Below, piece after piece: positions 31,007-40,950 of a stretch of DNA of 64,000 bases. How positions within the stretch are numbered: position 1 is the stretch's first letter; each line of letters starts with the position of its first letter. This DNA is from Spirochaetia bacterium (lineage in GTDB: Bacteria > Spirochaetota > Spirochaetia > SZUA-6 > Bin103), in contig OZ241907.1 in assembly GCA_965203515.1 (NCBI GenBank), positions 960,001 to 1,024,000 of the forward strand. The letters are read 5' to 3'. A program made the position numbers and the translations under genes. The notes beneath the pieces were generated by a model. It did not search any database. It worked only from the letters and a program-made list of their open reading frames with translations, and was not told where the DNA came from.

Positions 31007-32443
31007 CTATGCTTCGTCCGTCAGTCTTGATGAAAGCGCGTTTGCCACCGTGTTGATCTCGTCGATGGTCTTGTCGAACACCGGCATGTCGATGCCGAAC
31101 CGGTCGACGGTGCACTTCGTCAACCCGTTGTTCTCGGCCACGTATGCGCTGATCGACTCGGGCCGAAGCAAGTCATGAGGATGGTACTTGAACTCGCTCA
31201 CCAATTTCTCCTTGTCTTCGAACGGCTGACTCAACATGACGAGGTTGTTGAACTCCTTGATCAGATAGTCGCTGTGGGTGGTGATCAACACCTTCACGCC
31301 CGCATTCACGAATCGCGCCAGCAGCCGCGCCAGTCGTATCTGGTTCATGGTATCGAGATGACTCTCCGGCTCGTCGACGATGAGCAGATGGTTCTTCCGG
31401 ACGACGTGTCTGAGGTAGAAGTAGAAGTCCGACAGTCCGCGCGCCGAAGACGAAGCGGCGTGCAGGGGAATGTTGAAGCTGCGGCCTCGTCCGCGCGACT
31501 TGGAAATGAACCTTATCTCGTCACCCGAAGTTCCGTAGTAGCCATCCATCATGTCCTTGACGTAATCGTAGAGCTTGTGCTCGTGAAGCTCGCCCTTGTC
31601 CCTTCGCCGCTCCGGAATGCTCCTGGTATAGTCGATGTTGTCCTTGATCGGCATGGCGTACCGGCTGGTGGCTCGATCGATGACCAGAAATGGAGCGGCG
31701 CGTTCACGGTTCTTGTCATCGGCCATCTTCTGCAGCAGATCGACGAGTTGATTCTTGGTAAAATCGAGTTCCCGATAGAACAGCGAGATGCCAAAGCGTT
31801 CGGCCGACAGGATGAACGGATCAGGAAGCATACCGGTGAGCAGAAACCCGACGTAGAGGTTGGCTGCGTAGTACTCAAGTCGGGAGCTCGCGGTCTTCGA
31901 TCGATCCGCGTGGACGGTCCATGTTACGGTGCTGCCGTCGTACGCTATCGAAAGGCCGGTCGGTTCGTTCGACAGTCGGGCCGGAACGGCGCCGTTGCCT
32001 CCGCTGATCACTTCGATCGATGCATCTTTGAATTCGTCAGGTATGCTGAAAACCGCAGACATCGCTTGCTCCGAGAAATCGTCGCTCAGGCGTTGGAGAA
32101 CTGCCGCCTGCTGTCGTGCGATCGTTTCTCGACTCAACGGGAATTCGGCGCTCCCGTCACGGACGAGCCGCTCGGCCGCTGGCCGAAGATCGGGGAACAT
32201 TGCGGATCGTTCCTCGCCGAGCAGGAGGCTATGGGATTCCGACCAGCGCTTCCACATTTTCAGAAATCCGTACAGAGCATAGGCGACATAGGTCTTGCCG
32301 GTGTTGTTGCGTCCGGCGATGATCGTGAGGTCTCCAAGTTCCAGGTCCGCGGTTTTCACCGGTCCCAGATTCCGGAATCGAAACGTGAGCGGCGCCGGTC
32401 TGGGGTCGTTGATCCGATCCGTGGTTGACGCTCGTACCATCAT
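31007..32443 (-). CDS. AAA_15/AAA_21 (AbiEii-like) ABC ATPase
   Basis: FRNLGPVK...LTIIAGRNNTGKTY, AER, SSSARGL, LIVDEPESHL, ITTHSDY; lower GC than neighbours. Confidence 0.85.
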   Translation of the reverse strand: MMVRASTTDRINDPRPAPLTFRFRNLGPVKTADLELGDLTIIAGRNNTGKTYVAYALYGFLKMWKRWSESHSLLLGEERSAMFPDLRPAAERLVRDGSAEFPLSRETIARQQAAVLQRLSDDFSEQAMSAVFSIPDEFKDASIEVISGGNGAVPARLSNEPTGLSIAYDGSTVTWTVHADRSKTASSRLEYYAANLYVGFLLTGMLPDPFILSAERFGISLFYRELDFTKNQLVDLLQKMADDKNRERAAPFLVIDRATSRYAMPIKDNIDYTRSIPERRRDKGELHEHKLYDYVKDMMDGYYGTSGDEIRFISKSRGRGRSFNIPLHAASSSARGLSDFYFYLRHVVRKNHLLIVDEPESHLDTMNQIRLARLLARFVNAGVKVLITTHSDYLIKEFNNLVMLSQPFEDKEKLVSEFKYHPHDLLRPESISAYVAENNGLTKCTVDRFGIDMPVFDKTIDEINTVANALSSRLTDEA

Positions 32444-32462
32444 CCGTACACTACCACATCGC

Positions 32463-33038
32463 ATGACGCGGGATGACGGTCCGCTTTCGGCGGCGGTGCG
32501 CGCGGTGATCCGCGACGTGGCCGACTTTCCGCGGCCGGGCATCATGTTCCGGGACATCACGCCGGTGTTCGGCGCGATCGGCCTGCCGTTGCGCATCGCG
32601 TCCTGGATGGCGGCCGCGTTCGCGGCCGATCCCGGCGGCAGCGGCTGCGACGGCGGCGACCACCACATCGACGCGGTCGCCTGCGTGGAGGCGCGCGGCT
32701 TCATGCTCGGGCCGCTGGTGGCGCGTGAGCTGGGCGTGGGCCTGATCCCGGTGCGCAAGCCGAACAAGCTGCCGCGCGCGACGCTGCGTCAGGACTATGA
32801 CCTGGAATACGGCACCGACGCGTTGGAGATGCACGCCGACGCCTGCGGCGCGGGGCAGCGCGTTCTGCTGGTCGACGACGTGCTGGCCACCGGCGGCACC
32901 GCGGCGGCCGCCTGCCGGTTGATCCAGCGCGCCGGCGCCAGCGTGGCGGGCGCCGCGTTCCTGATCGAGCTGGACGGCCTGGACGGCGCTCGGCGGCTGC
33001 CGGCGCCCAGCCGCAGCCTGCTGGTGCTGCCGGCGTGA
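32463..33038 (+). CDS. apt: Adenine phosphoribosyltransferase
   Basis: IRDVADFPRPGIMFRDITP, EARGF, VRKPNKLP, YDLEYG, LVDDVLATGGT. Confidence 0.95.
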   Translation: MTRDDGPLSAAVRAVIRDVADFPRPGIMFRDITPVFGAIGLPLRIASWMAAAFAADPGGSGCDGGDHHIDAVACVEARGFMLGPLVARELGVGLIPVRKPNKLPRATLRQDYDLEYGTDALEMHADACGAGQRVLLVDDVLATGGTAAAACRLIQRAGASVAGAAFLIELDGLDGARRLPAPSRSLLVLPA

Positions 33039-33241
33039 ACGGCGCTCCGCGCGTGCCGCTGCTGCTGATGCGGATCGGCTGCGTGATGGTGGCGGCCGGC
33101 GTCGCGCTGGCGTACCTGGCCTGGGCGCTCGCCTATGCCCGGGTCAGCCTGGCGGCGATCGCCGGTCCGGTCGGCGCGGTGCTGCTGGTCGGGGTGGCGC
33201 TGTTCGTGGTCGGCGCGTTGACCGGCGCCGGGCGGCGCTGA
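33035..33241 (+). CDS. Small two-helix membrane protein
   Basis: Two hydrophobic stretches; GTGA overlap with the apt stop. Confidence 0.5.
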   Translation: MNGAPRVPLLLMRIGCVMVAAGVALAYLAWALAYARVSLAAIAGPVGAVLLVGVALFVVGALTGAGRR

Positions 33242-33263
33242 GCTCGCCGCAGGACCGCTTGCC

Positions 33264-35081
33264 TCAGGACGCCTCTTCGCGCTTCATCTGCCGCCGGTAG
33301 AGGTCGGCGTACACGCCGTCGAGCGCCATCAGCTCGTCGTGCGTGCCGCGCTCGACGATGCCGTAGTCCTTGAGCACGAACAGGCGGTCGGCGGCCCGCA
33401 CCGTGCTGAGCCGGTGGGCGATGATGATAGCCGTCCGCCCCTGCAGCAGCCGGTGCAGCGCGGCCTGGATCACCGCCTCGGTCACCACGTCGACGCTGGA
33501 GGTCGCCTCGTCCAGGACGATCAGCCGCGGGTCGGCGAGCAGCGCCCGGGCGATGGCGACGAGCTGGCGCTGGCCGACCGACAGGTTGGTGCCGAACTCC
33601 AGTATCTGCGTGTCGTACCCGTCCGGCAGCCGCTCGACGAACCGGTGCAGGCCGACCGCCCGGGCGGCGCCGACGACCGCATCATCGGGCGCCGCGGGCG
33701 CGCCGAAGCGGACGTTGTCGGCGATCGAGCCCGGAAACAGGAACGGGTCCTGCGCGACCAGCGCCATCTGCGCGCGCAGCGTGCGCTGCTGCACCGACCG
33801 CACGTCGATGCCGTCGATCAGCACCTGACCGGCGGTGACGTCGTAGAACCGGGAGATCAGGTTGGCGATGGTCGTCTTGCCGGAGCCGGTCTCGCCGATC
33901 AGCGCCACGGTCTGTCCCGGCTCGATGGCAAGGTCGATCTCCTCCAGCACCGGCTGATCGGGCTGGTAGGCGAAGGAGACGCCGCGCAGCTCGACACGGC
34001 CCGCGATCCGCCGCATCGCCGGAGCGTCCGGAGCGTCGACGACGATCGGCTCGGTGTCCAGCAGCTCCAGCACCTTCTCGCCGCCGGCCATCGCCGACTG
34101 CATGGAGGCGTAGAGCTGGCTGAGCTCCTGAATCGGCTGGAAGAAGCGGCTCACGTAGGCCAGGAAGGCGACCATCACGCCGAGCGAGACCGCGTCGTCG
34201 CCGTAGGCAAGGCCGCCGAACAGCAGCACCGCGGCCGTGGCCGCCAGCGCCAGAAACTCGACCGCCGGCGTGAAGGCCAGCGACAGCGAGAGCGCGCGGA
34301 TCTGCGCGTCGCTGGCGTCTCGATTGCGGCGGTCGAACCGCGCGGCGGCCGCCGGCATCTGCGCGAACGCCCGGATCACGCGCATCCCGCCGATCGCCTC
34401 CGCCAGGTTGCCGACCATGGCGGCGATCGCCGTCCGCGTGGAGCGAAACGCGCGCCGCGCCAGACGCGAGAAGATCAGGGTCGCTACCACCATCACCGGC
34501 ACCACGGCAAAGGTCGCCAGCGCCAGCTCCGTGTCCATGATCAGCATGGCGACCACGATGCCGATCAGCACCAGCGAGTCGCCGATGATCTGCACCAGCC
34601 CCTGGGACAACACCTCGTTGATGGTGGCGACGTCGTTGATCACCCGCGAAATGGTGACGCCTACCGGATGCTCGGTGTGGTAGCGCAGCGACAGCCGCTG
34701 CAGGTGGCGGAACAACTGCGCCCGCATCGTGGCCAGCATCCGCTGGCCGACCCACGACAGCAGGTAGGTCTGCAGCGCGTGCGCGGCATAGGTTCCCAGG
34801 AACGTCAGGACCAGCAGGCCGCTGATCAGCGCCAGGCGCGGCAGGTCGCCGGCGGCGATGGCGTCGTCGATGGCGAGCTGAATGAGCCACGGCGCCGCCA
34901 GGCTCAGGGTGGTGACCGCCAGCATGGCCACCGACGCGGCCGCCATGTGCTTGCGGTACGGACGCAGGTAGGCGGTCAGGCGGCGGATGACGTGCGGGTC
35001 GATCGCGCGTCCTTCGCCGCCGGCGTGCGCCCGCAGCATCGACCGCGGCCCGCCCCCCATCCCCGTGGAAAAAGTGCTCAT
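33264..35081 (-). CDS. ABC exporter (TMD+NBD), heterodimer subunit 2
   Basis: Six TM segments, GETGSGKT, LSVGQRQ, LDEATS, IAHR. Confidence 0.9.
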   Translation of the reverse strand: MSTFSTGMGGGPRSMLRAHAGGEGRAIDPHVIRRLTAYLRPYRKHMAAASVAMLAVTTLSLAAPWLIQLAIDDAIAAGDLPRLALISGLLVLTFLGTYAAHALQTYLLSWVGQRMLATMRAQLFRHLQRLSLRYHTEHPVGVTISRVINDVATINEVLSQGLVQIIGDSLVLIGIVVAMLIMDTELALATFAVVPVMVVATLIFSRLARRAFRSTRTAIAAMVGNLAEAIGGMRVIRAFAQMPAAAARFDRRNRDASDAQIRALSLSLAFTPAVEFLALAATAAVLLFGGLAYGDDAVSLGVMVAFLAYVSRFFQPIQELSQLYASMQSAMAGGEKVLELLDTEPIVVDAPDAPAMRRIAGRVELRGVSFAYQPDQPVLEEIDLAIEPGQTVALIGETGSGKTTIANLISRFYDVTAGQVLIDGIDVRSVQQRTLRAQMALVAQDPFLFPGSIADNVRFGAPAAPDDAVVGAARAVGLHRFVERLPDGYDTQILEFGTNLSVGQRQLVAIARALLADPRLIVLDEATSSVDVVTEAVIQAALHRLLQGRTAIIIAHRLSTVRAADRLFVLKDYGIVERGTHDELMALDGVYADLYRRQMKREEAS

Positions 35082-36931
35082 CGGGAACCCGGTCGGGTCG
35101 CGCCGGCCGCCGCCCGCGCCAAGCGGCCGACACCGGAGTGTTCGTCACCGGAGTGTTCGTCATGGGAATGGCCGTCACCGGATACGGCGGCGGGCGGGCG
35201 GGGCGGCGCCTGCCCGGCGGAGGCGAAGATGGCGCCGTACAGCGGCGAGCGTGCCAGCAGTTCCTCATGGGCGCCGTAGGCGGCGATCCGGCCTTCGTCG
35301 AGCACCACGACCGCATCCGCGTCCCTGCAGGTGCTGGCGCGTTGCGCGATCACGATCATGGTGCGCCCGCCGGCGGAGCGGCGCAGCGTCGACAGGATCC
35401 GGCCCTCGGTGCGCGCGTCCACGCTGGAGGTGGCGTCGTCCAGGATCAGGATGCGCGGATCGGTCAGCAGCGCGCGGGCGATGGCGATGCGCTGCTTCTG
35501 TCCGCCGGAGAGGGTGACGCCGCGTTCGCCCACCCACGTGTCGTAGCCCTCCGGCAATCCCTCGATGAAGCTGCGTATCTGGGCCGCTTCCGCCGCCGCC
35601 TCGATCTCTTCCGTCGCGGCGTCCGGACGGCCGAAGGCGATGTTCTCGCCGATGGTGGCGGCGAACAGCACCGTGTCCTGCAGGACGACGCCGATCTGCG
35701 AGCGCAGCGACGCCAGGGTGACGCCGCGCAGGTCGATGCCGTCGATCTCGATCGCGCCGCGGGTCGGGTCGTGCAGGCGCAGCAGGAGCGAGATCAGGGT
35801 CGTCTTGCCCGATCCGGTGCCGCCGAGCACCGCCAGTCGGCTGCCGGCCGGGATGGTCAGGTCGATGTCGGTGAGCGCCTCCGGCTGGTCCTCTCCGCCG
35901 AACGCGAAGCCGACGCGGCGAAAGCGCACCTCGCCCCGGCCGCGGGGCAGCGGCCGCGCGTTCGGCGCCTCCGGGATGGCGACCGGGGCGTCCAGTATCT
36001 CCGCGACCCGCTCCGCCGACGCCAGCCCCTGCACGGTCAGCGGCAGCATGGCCCCGACGCGGCGTACCGGCGCGAAGAGCTGCGTCAGGTAGGTGGTGAA
36101 CGCCACCAGCAGGCCGAGGCTCTCGCCGCGCACGACCATCAGGCCGCCGATGCCGACCACCACCACCAGACCGAGGTTGGCGATCAGCGACAACAACGGC
36201 GTATGGATCGCCTTCAACCGGGTGTTGAGCGCCGAGATCACGAACCATCGGTCTACCTCGCGCTGGAACCGCACCGTCTCGCGCTGCTCCTGCGCGAACG
36301 CCTTGACCAGGCGCGCGCCCTGCAGGTTCTGCTCCAACGCCGACGTCATCACGCCGAGCTGCTGCTGGAGCCGGGTCGCCAGCGGCCGCTGCTGCCGGCC
36401 GAAGATGAACGCCTGCACCGCCAGGAAGGGGACCGGGATCAGCGACGCGGCGCCCAGCACCGGGTTCATCGCCAGCATGAACGCCAGCGTCCCGGCAAAC
36501 AGCAGGGCCGCGTCCATGACCCGCAGGAGCGCCTTGCTGACCACGAACCGCAGGCGCTCGACGTCCTGGATCGCGCGCTGCAGGATCTGCCCGGTCTCCA
36601 TCCGTTCGATGAAGGAGATCTCCACCACGCCGAGCCGGAGGAAGAGCTCATTGCGCAGGTCGTAGGCGAGCCGCTGCGCGGCGACTTCCGCCAGACGCCC
36701 GTGCAGGAACCCGAACAGCGCCCGGGCGGCGGCCAACCCGACCAGCGCGATCACCGAACGGATCAGTACGGTGCGGTCGCCGGCGATGATGCCGCGGTCG
36801 ACGATCCAGCGGACGAACAGCGGGATGACGACGAGCGCGGCCGTGTGCGCGACCAACGCCGCGTACGCCGCCGCCATGAGGTGGCGGTACGGGCGCAGGT
36901 AGCGGAGGAAGCGACGGAACAGGATCGCCAA
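35078..36931 (-). CDS. ABC exporter (TMD+NBD), heterodimer subunit 1 with degenerate site
   Basis: GGTGSGKT, LSGGQKQ, degenerate Walker B LDDATS and switch IAQR; TTG start 6 nt after TATACT. Confidence 0.9.
   Translation of the reverse strand: MAILFRRFLRYLRPYRHLMAAAYAALVAHTAALVVIPLFVRWIVDRGIIAGDRTVLIRSVIALVGLAAARALFGFLHGRLAEVAAQRLAYDLRNELFLRLGVVEISFIERMETGQILQRAIQDVERLRFVVSKALLRVMDAALLFAGTLAFMLAMNPVLGAASLIPVPFLAVQAFIFGRQQRPLATRLQQQLGVMTSALEQNLQGARLVKAFAQEQRETVRFQREVDRWFVISALNTRLKAIHTPLLSLIANLGLVVVVGIGGLMVVRGESLGLLVAFTTYLTQLFAPVRRVGAMLPLTVQGLASAERVAEILDAPVAIPEAPNARPLPRGRGEVRFRRVGFAFGGEDQPEALTDIDLTIPAGSRLAVLGGTGSGKTTLISLLLRLHDPTRGAIEIDGIDLRGVTLASLRSQIGVVLQDTVLFAATIGENIAFGRPDAATEEIEAAAEAAQIRSFIEGLPEGYDTWVGERGVTLSGGQKQRIAIARALLTDPRILILDDATSSVDARTEGRILSTLRRSAGGRTMIVIAQRASTCRDADAVVVLDEGRIAAYGAHEELLARSPLYGAIFASAGQAPPRPPAAVSGDGHSHDEHSGDEHSGVGRLARAAAGATRPGSR
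35131..35182. repeat. 15-bp tandem repeat (about 3.5 units) encoding a His/Asp tail (SGDGHSHDEHSGDEHSG)
   Basis: CACCGGAGTGTTCGT twice exactly, plus degenerate units. Confidence 0.85.
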
Positions 36932-36998
36932 GCGGACAGTATACCGACGGCGACGGGCCGGGCAACCCGCCCGGCCGGCCCGCCGCGCCGCTGCCGGC

Positions 36999-37038
36999 TA
37001 CGGCTCAGGCGGCGGCCCCGGCCGCCGCCTGAGCCGTA
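36999..37038. terminator. Perfect 19-bp inverted repeat just after the dinB-family stop
   Basis: TACGGCTCAGGCGGCGGCC-CC-GGCCGCCGCCTGAGCCGTA. Confidence 0.7.
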
Positions 37039-37041
37039 CGC

Positions 37042-37527
37042 TCAGCCGTACGCCGATCCCAACCCCATCGCGCGGCGCCACGCCGCCACCTGGCCCAGGT
37101 GGTGTCCTTCGTGCATGGTCATCAGGGCGGCGGTGAAGTCGCCGACCGTGGGAAAGCGCTCGCGAACGCGCGGCGGCGCCGGCTGCCGCAGCCGCTCGGC
37201 GTCCGCCGCCGTCACCGCCTTGGCCACCCGCTCGTGCTGCGCGCGGAGCTGCTCCAGCAGCTCCGCCTTGCCGGGAAAGTCGGCGGCGTCCCCGCTGGGG
37301 ATCGACCCCACGCGGCATGCCTCCCGCCACGCGTCGGGAAAGGTGGACGGCAGCCCCAGCGCTCCGGCAAGCGCGTCGGACGTCGCGCCGAGATGGCCGA
37401 GCGTCCACGCCGGATGATTGATGACGCCGTGCGGCTGAGCGACCATCTGCTGATCCGTGAGGTCGGCGACGAGCCGCTCGGCGCGCTTGAGATTCAGGTC
37501 GTAGACGAACAACAGATGCTGCATCAT
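37042..37527 (-). CDS. DinB-family protein
   Basis: NHPAWTLGHL...HEGHHLGQ; RBS AGGGAGAG. Confidence 0.85.
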   Translation of the reverse strand: MMQHLLFVYDLNLKRAERLVADLTDQQMVAQPHGVINHPAWTLGHLGATSDALAGALGLPSTFPDAWREACRVGSIPSGDAADFPGKAELLEQLRAQHERVAKAVTAADAERLRQPAPPRVRERFPTVGDFTAALMTMHEGHHLGQVAAWRRAMGLGSAYG

Positions 37528-37671
37528 CGATCTCTCCCTGAGGCCCGGCGGCGGCCGGCGCCGCCCCGAGCGAAGTAGGACCGGCGCACTATAGCGCCGT
37601 CGGTCCGCGGCCTGCCATCCGTGATCCGGTATCGCCGGAAGCCGTTGCGTCGGGTGGTACGATGCGCGGCC

Positions 37672-39123
37672 ATGGAACAGACGCGAATCGGCCTGCTGCA
37701 TCCGGGCCAGATGGGCTCGGCGGTGGGCCGGGTGCTGGCGGAAGCCGGGCATCGGGTTCTGTGGGTGTCGGCGGACCGGTCGTCCAAGTCGTGCGAGCGT
37801 GCGGCGGCGGCCGGCCTGGAAGACGCCGGCAGCCTGCAGGCGCTGGCCGCGCAGGCGGAGGTGATCCTGTCGATCTGTCCGCCGCACGCGGCGTCCGCAG
37901 TCGCCGAGCAGGTGGCCGCCGCCGGGTTCACCGGCATCTACGCCGACTGCAACGCCATCTCGCCGCGCCGCACCCGCGCCGTCGAGGCGACGATCGCCGG
38001 CGCCGGCGCGACCTGCGTCGACGGGGGCATCGTCGGCGGACCGCCGGCCGGCGGTCCGCCGCGCACGTCGCTCTATCTGTCGGGCTCGGCCGCCGGCCGG
38101 GTGGCCGCCTGCTTCCCGGCCGAAGCGCTGCGCGCGCCGGTGCTCTCGGACCGCATCGGCGCGGCCTCCGCGCTGAAGATGTGCTACGCGGCCAACACCA
38201 AGGGCACGTCGGCCCTGTTCGCGTCGATCCTGGCGCTGGCCGAGCGCGAGGGGGTGCGGGACGCGCTGGAACGGCAGTGGGGGCCGGGGCTGACCGCAAC
38301 GGCGCACCGGCGCGCCGCCGACAGCGCCCCCAAGGCGTGGCGCTTCGAGGGCGAGATGCGCGAGATTTCGGCGACCTTCGCCGACGCCGGCCTGCCGGGC
38401 GGCTTTCACGCCGCGGCCGCCGCGATCTACGCGCGGCTGGCCCCGTTCAAGGGGCGCTCCGAGCCGCCGGAACCGGGCGAGGTGCTCGCCGCGCTCCCGC
38501 GCGGACCCGGTTCCCGGCGCCCGTCCGGCGACGAACCCTTGCATGCCGGCGGCCTCTCCACCGGCGCGACGCTGCTGGACTTCTGGCGCTGGTCGGGCGC
38601 CGATCTGCTGAACAACGTGTGGCGCGGCGTGCTGGCCGAGTTCCTGGTCGCCCGCGCGCTCGACGTGACGCACGAACCGCGCGTCGAGTGGGCGGGCTAC
38701 GACCTGCGTACCCGGTCGGGCGTCAAAGTCGAGGTGAAGAGCGCCGCCTACGTGCAGGCGTGGCACCAGAATGGCCCGTCGGCCATCCAGTTCGACATCG
38801 CCCCGCGCAAGCAGGTCTGGGACGCGGCGACCAACAGGACCACGGTGTTCCCGCAGCCGAAGCGTCCGGCCGACGTCTACGTCTTCTGCGTGCTGGGGCG
38901 TGACGATCTGACCGATATTCCCGACCCGCTCGACGTCGACCAGTGGGCGTTCTACGTCCTCGGGCGGGCGTTCCTGGACCGCGAGCTGCCGATCCAGCAG
39001 ACCATCGGCATCAAACCATTGCGCTCCCTGATGCGGCGCGCATCGGGCGGGCCGGCCGGCCCGATGCGCTACGGCGATCTGCGCGCGGCGGTCGAGCGGG
39101 CGGCCGAGCGTCCCGCCGGCTGA
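37672..39123 (+). CDS. NAD(P)-binding 6PGD/beta-hydroxyacid dehydrogenase-like protein (DUF1932) fused to a restriction-endonuclease-like domain
   Basis: IGLLHPGQMG, DCNAISP, VDGGIVG, ASALKMCYA, KAWRFEGEMREI; from about 38515 LLDFWRW...RGVLAEFLV...YDL...VEVKSAAY...ADVYVF. Confidence 0.75.
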   Translation: MEQTRIGLLHPGQMGSAVGRVLAEAGHRVLWVSADRSSKSCERAAAAGLEDAGSLQALAAQAEVILSICPPHAASAVAEQVAAAGFTGIYADCNAISPRRTRAVEATIAGAGATCVDGGIVGGPPAGGPPRTSLYLSGSAAGRVAACFPAEALRAPVLSDRIGAASALKMCYAANTKGTSALFASILALAEREGVRDALERQWGPGLTATAHRRAADSAPKAWRFEGEMREISATFADAGLPGGFHAAAAAIYARLAPFKGRSEPPEPGEVLAALPRGPGSRRPSGDEPLHAGGLSTGATLLDFWRWSGADLLNNVWRGVLAEFLVARALDVTHEPRVEWAGYDLRTRSGVKVEVKSAAYVQAWHQNGPSAIQFDIAPRKQVWDAATNRTTVFPQPKRPADVYVFCVLGRDDLTDIPDPLDVDQWAFYVLGRAFLDRELPIQQTIGIKPLRSLMRRASGGPAGPMRYGDLRAAVERAAERPAG

Positions 39124-39215
39124 CCGGCGCGCCGGAGCGGTCGACCACGGCTCGTTCCGCCGTATTCGCGCTACGCCGGTTGCCGGCCCCGCATCGCCTC
39201 GCTACAACCGTCTCC

Positions 39216-40925
39216 ATGCGTACCGTCCCCGAATCGCAGAAGTTCATCATCGCCGATCACAATACCGTCACGGCCGCGGAGCTGCCGCCCTGCCCAAATC
39301 CGCGCGGCTGGTACCATTCGGTCGCCGGCATCAAGGATACCGCCGACGGTCTGGTCGCCACCTACCGCCTGTCCGATTCGCACACCGCGGTCTCTACGCA
39401 CGTCATGGTCGCCCGCTCGCGCGACGGCGGCCGGACCTGGTCGGAGCACCGCTCCATCTCGCGCCGCAACGTCTGGGAGCACCATGCCTGCTGGGTCGCG
39501 CCGCAGCTCAGCCGGCTTGCCGACGGGCGGTTGGTGATCATCTGCGACGAGGGCCACCGGTCGAGCGGCGCCGACTGGCCGCCCCTCACCCGCTGGCAGC
39601 AGCGCCCGCCGCGCGGCATGGCCAATCACCTGTTCTGGAGCGATGACGACGGCGCCACCTGGAGCGACCCGGTGCGGATCGACGACGTCGGCGGCGAACC
39701 GGGCTATGTCACCGAGCTCGGCGACGGCACGCTGCTCTACACCCGCACGGAGTCGGCCCGGTTCGCGGCGATGGATGACCCGCCGGAGCACTGGGGGGAC
39801 ATCTACTATCGCAACCGGGCGGTCGCCTCCACCGACGGCGGCCGCACCTGGACGCCGCGGGCGCTGGTGGCGGACGGCCCCTACCATGGCGACTGCGAGG
39901 TCGGCACCGTGGAGGTCGAGCCCGGCCATCTGCTGGCGCTCACCCGCATCGGCTTCTGCGGCGGCCGGCTGGGCCAACCCAGCCGCATCGTCCGCAGCCG
40001 GGACGGCGGCCGCACCTGGGGAACGCCGGAGCTTTCGCCGATCTACGGGCAGCGCACCGTGGTCCGCAGGCTCCGCTCCGGCAAGCTGCTGGTCACCTAC
40101 CGCAACCGCTGGGGGACGCCGGCGAGCTGCGCGTTCCTGTGGGACCCGGCCGAGACGCTCGGCTTCGAGCCGACCTCGTACCTCATCGAGCGGGACCGCT
40201 GTCGCCTGGAGGACGGCGTGATGGCGTGCGCGACCGCCGGCGGCCGCCGGCGCGAGGTGGAGTTCTCGCTCTACCCGGCGATCACCTCCAAGGCCGAGGC
40301 GACCCTGGAGGTCGACCTCCGCCGCGAGCGCGGCCCCGGCGCCGTGCTGCTGTCGGCCGGCTTCGGCGTGCGGATCGAGGACGGCTGCGTGCGTCTGGTG
40401 AAGTTCGCGACCGGGCGGCACGAGACCGGCTCCCTGCAGGAGGCGCGCCCGTGGCAGGGACGCGGCGCGGTCCGCGCCGACCTCGACACCGGCGCGTTCC
40501 GCCGCTACCGCCTGGAACGCACCCCCGACGCCTGCCGGCTCCTGGTCGACGGACAGGTCGTGCTGGCCAGCGACGACCCCGACCTGCGGCAGCGCGTGGT
40601 CCGCTTCGGCGCCGGCGGCGAGCTGACGTCGCGGTGGCGCCGCGCGCAGGCGCGGGTGCGCAACCCGGACGACTACTCGATCGACTGGAGCTGGGACGGC
40701 GCGCGCGGGTTTCCCGACCAGTTCCAGCGCGACCGCGTGGTCGTGCTCGACTACACCGCCGACTCCGGCTACGGCGACTGGACCCAGCTCGACGACGGCG
40801 CCATCGTGGCGGCCGACTACTCCAGCGCGGACTTCCGTACCATAAACGCGGGCGGCCCGCAGCCGGTGCTGAAGGCGTTCCGCCTGACCGAGGAGGAACT
40901 GGCGCCGGCCGGAGGATCGCCGTGA
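39216..40925 (+). CDS. Sialidase/BNR-repeat beta-propeller protein with an inserted beta-sandwich domain
   Basis: Asp-boxes SRDGGRTW, SDDDGATW, STDGGRTW, SRDGGRTW; C-terminal DSGYGDW. Confidence 0.8.
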   Translation: MRTVPESQKFIIADHNTVTAAELPPCPNPRGWYHSVAGIKDTADGLVATYRLSDSHTAVSTHVMVARSRDGGRTWSEHRSISRRNVWEHHACWVAPQLSRLADGRLVIICDEGHRSSGADWPPLTRWQQRPPRGMANHLFWSDDDGATWSDPVRIDDVGGEPGYVTELGDGTLLYTRTESARFAAMDDPPEHWGDIYYRNRAVASTDGGRTWTPRALVADGPYHGDCEVGTVEVEPGHLLALTRIGFCGGRLGQPSRIVRSRDGGRTWGTPELSPIYGQRTVVRRLRSGKLLVTYRNRWGTPASCAFLWDPAETLGFEPTSYLIERDRCRLEDGVMACATAGGRRREVEFSLYPAITSKAEATLEVDLRRERGPGAVLLSAGFGVRIEDGCVRLVKFATGRHETGSLQEARPWQGRGAVRADLDTGAFRRYRLERTPDACRLLVDGQVVLASDDPDLRQRVVRFGAGGELTSRWRRAQARVRNPDDYSIDWSWDGARGFPDQFQRDRVVVLDYTADSGYGDWTQLDDGAIVAADYSSADFRTINAGGPQPVLKAFRLTEEELAPAGGSP

Positions 40926-40950
40926 ACCGAGCGCGCTACGACCTCCCGTC

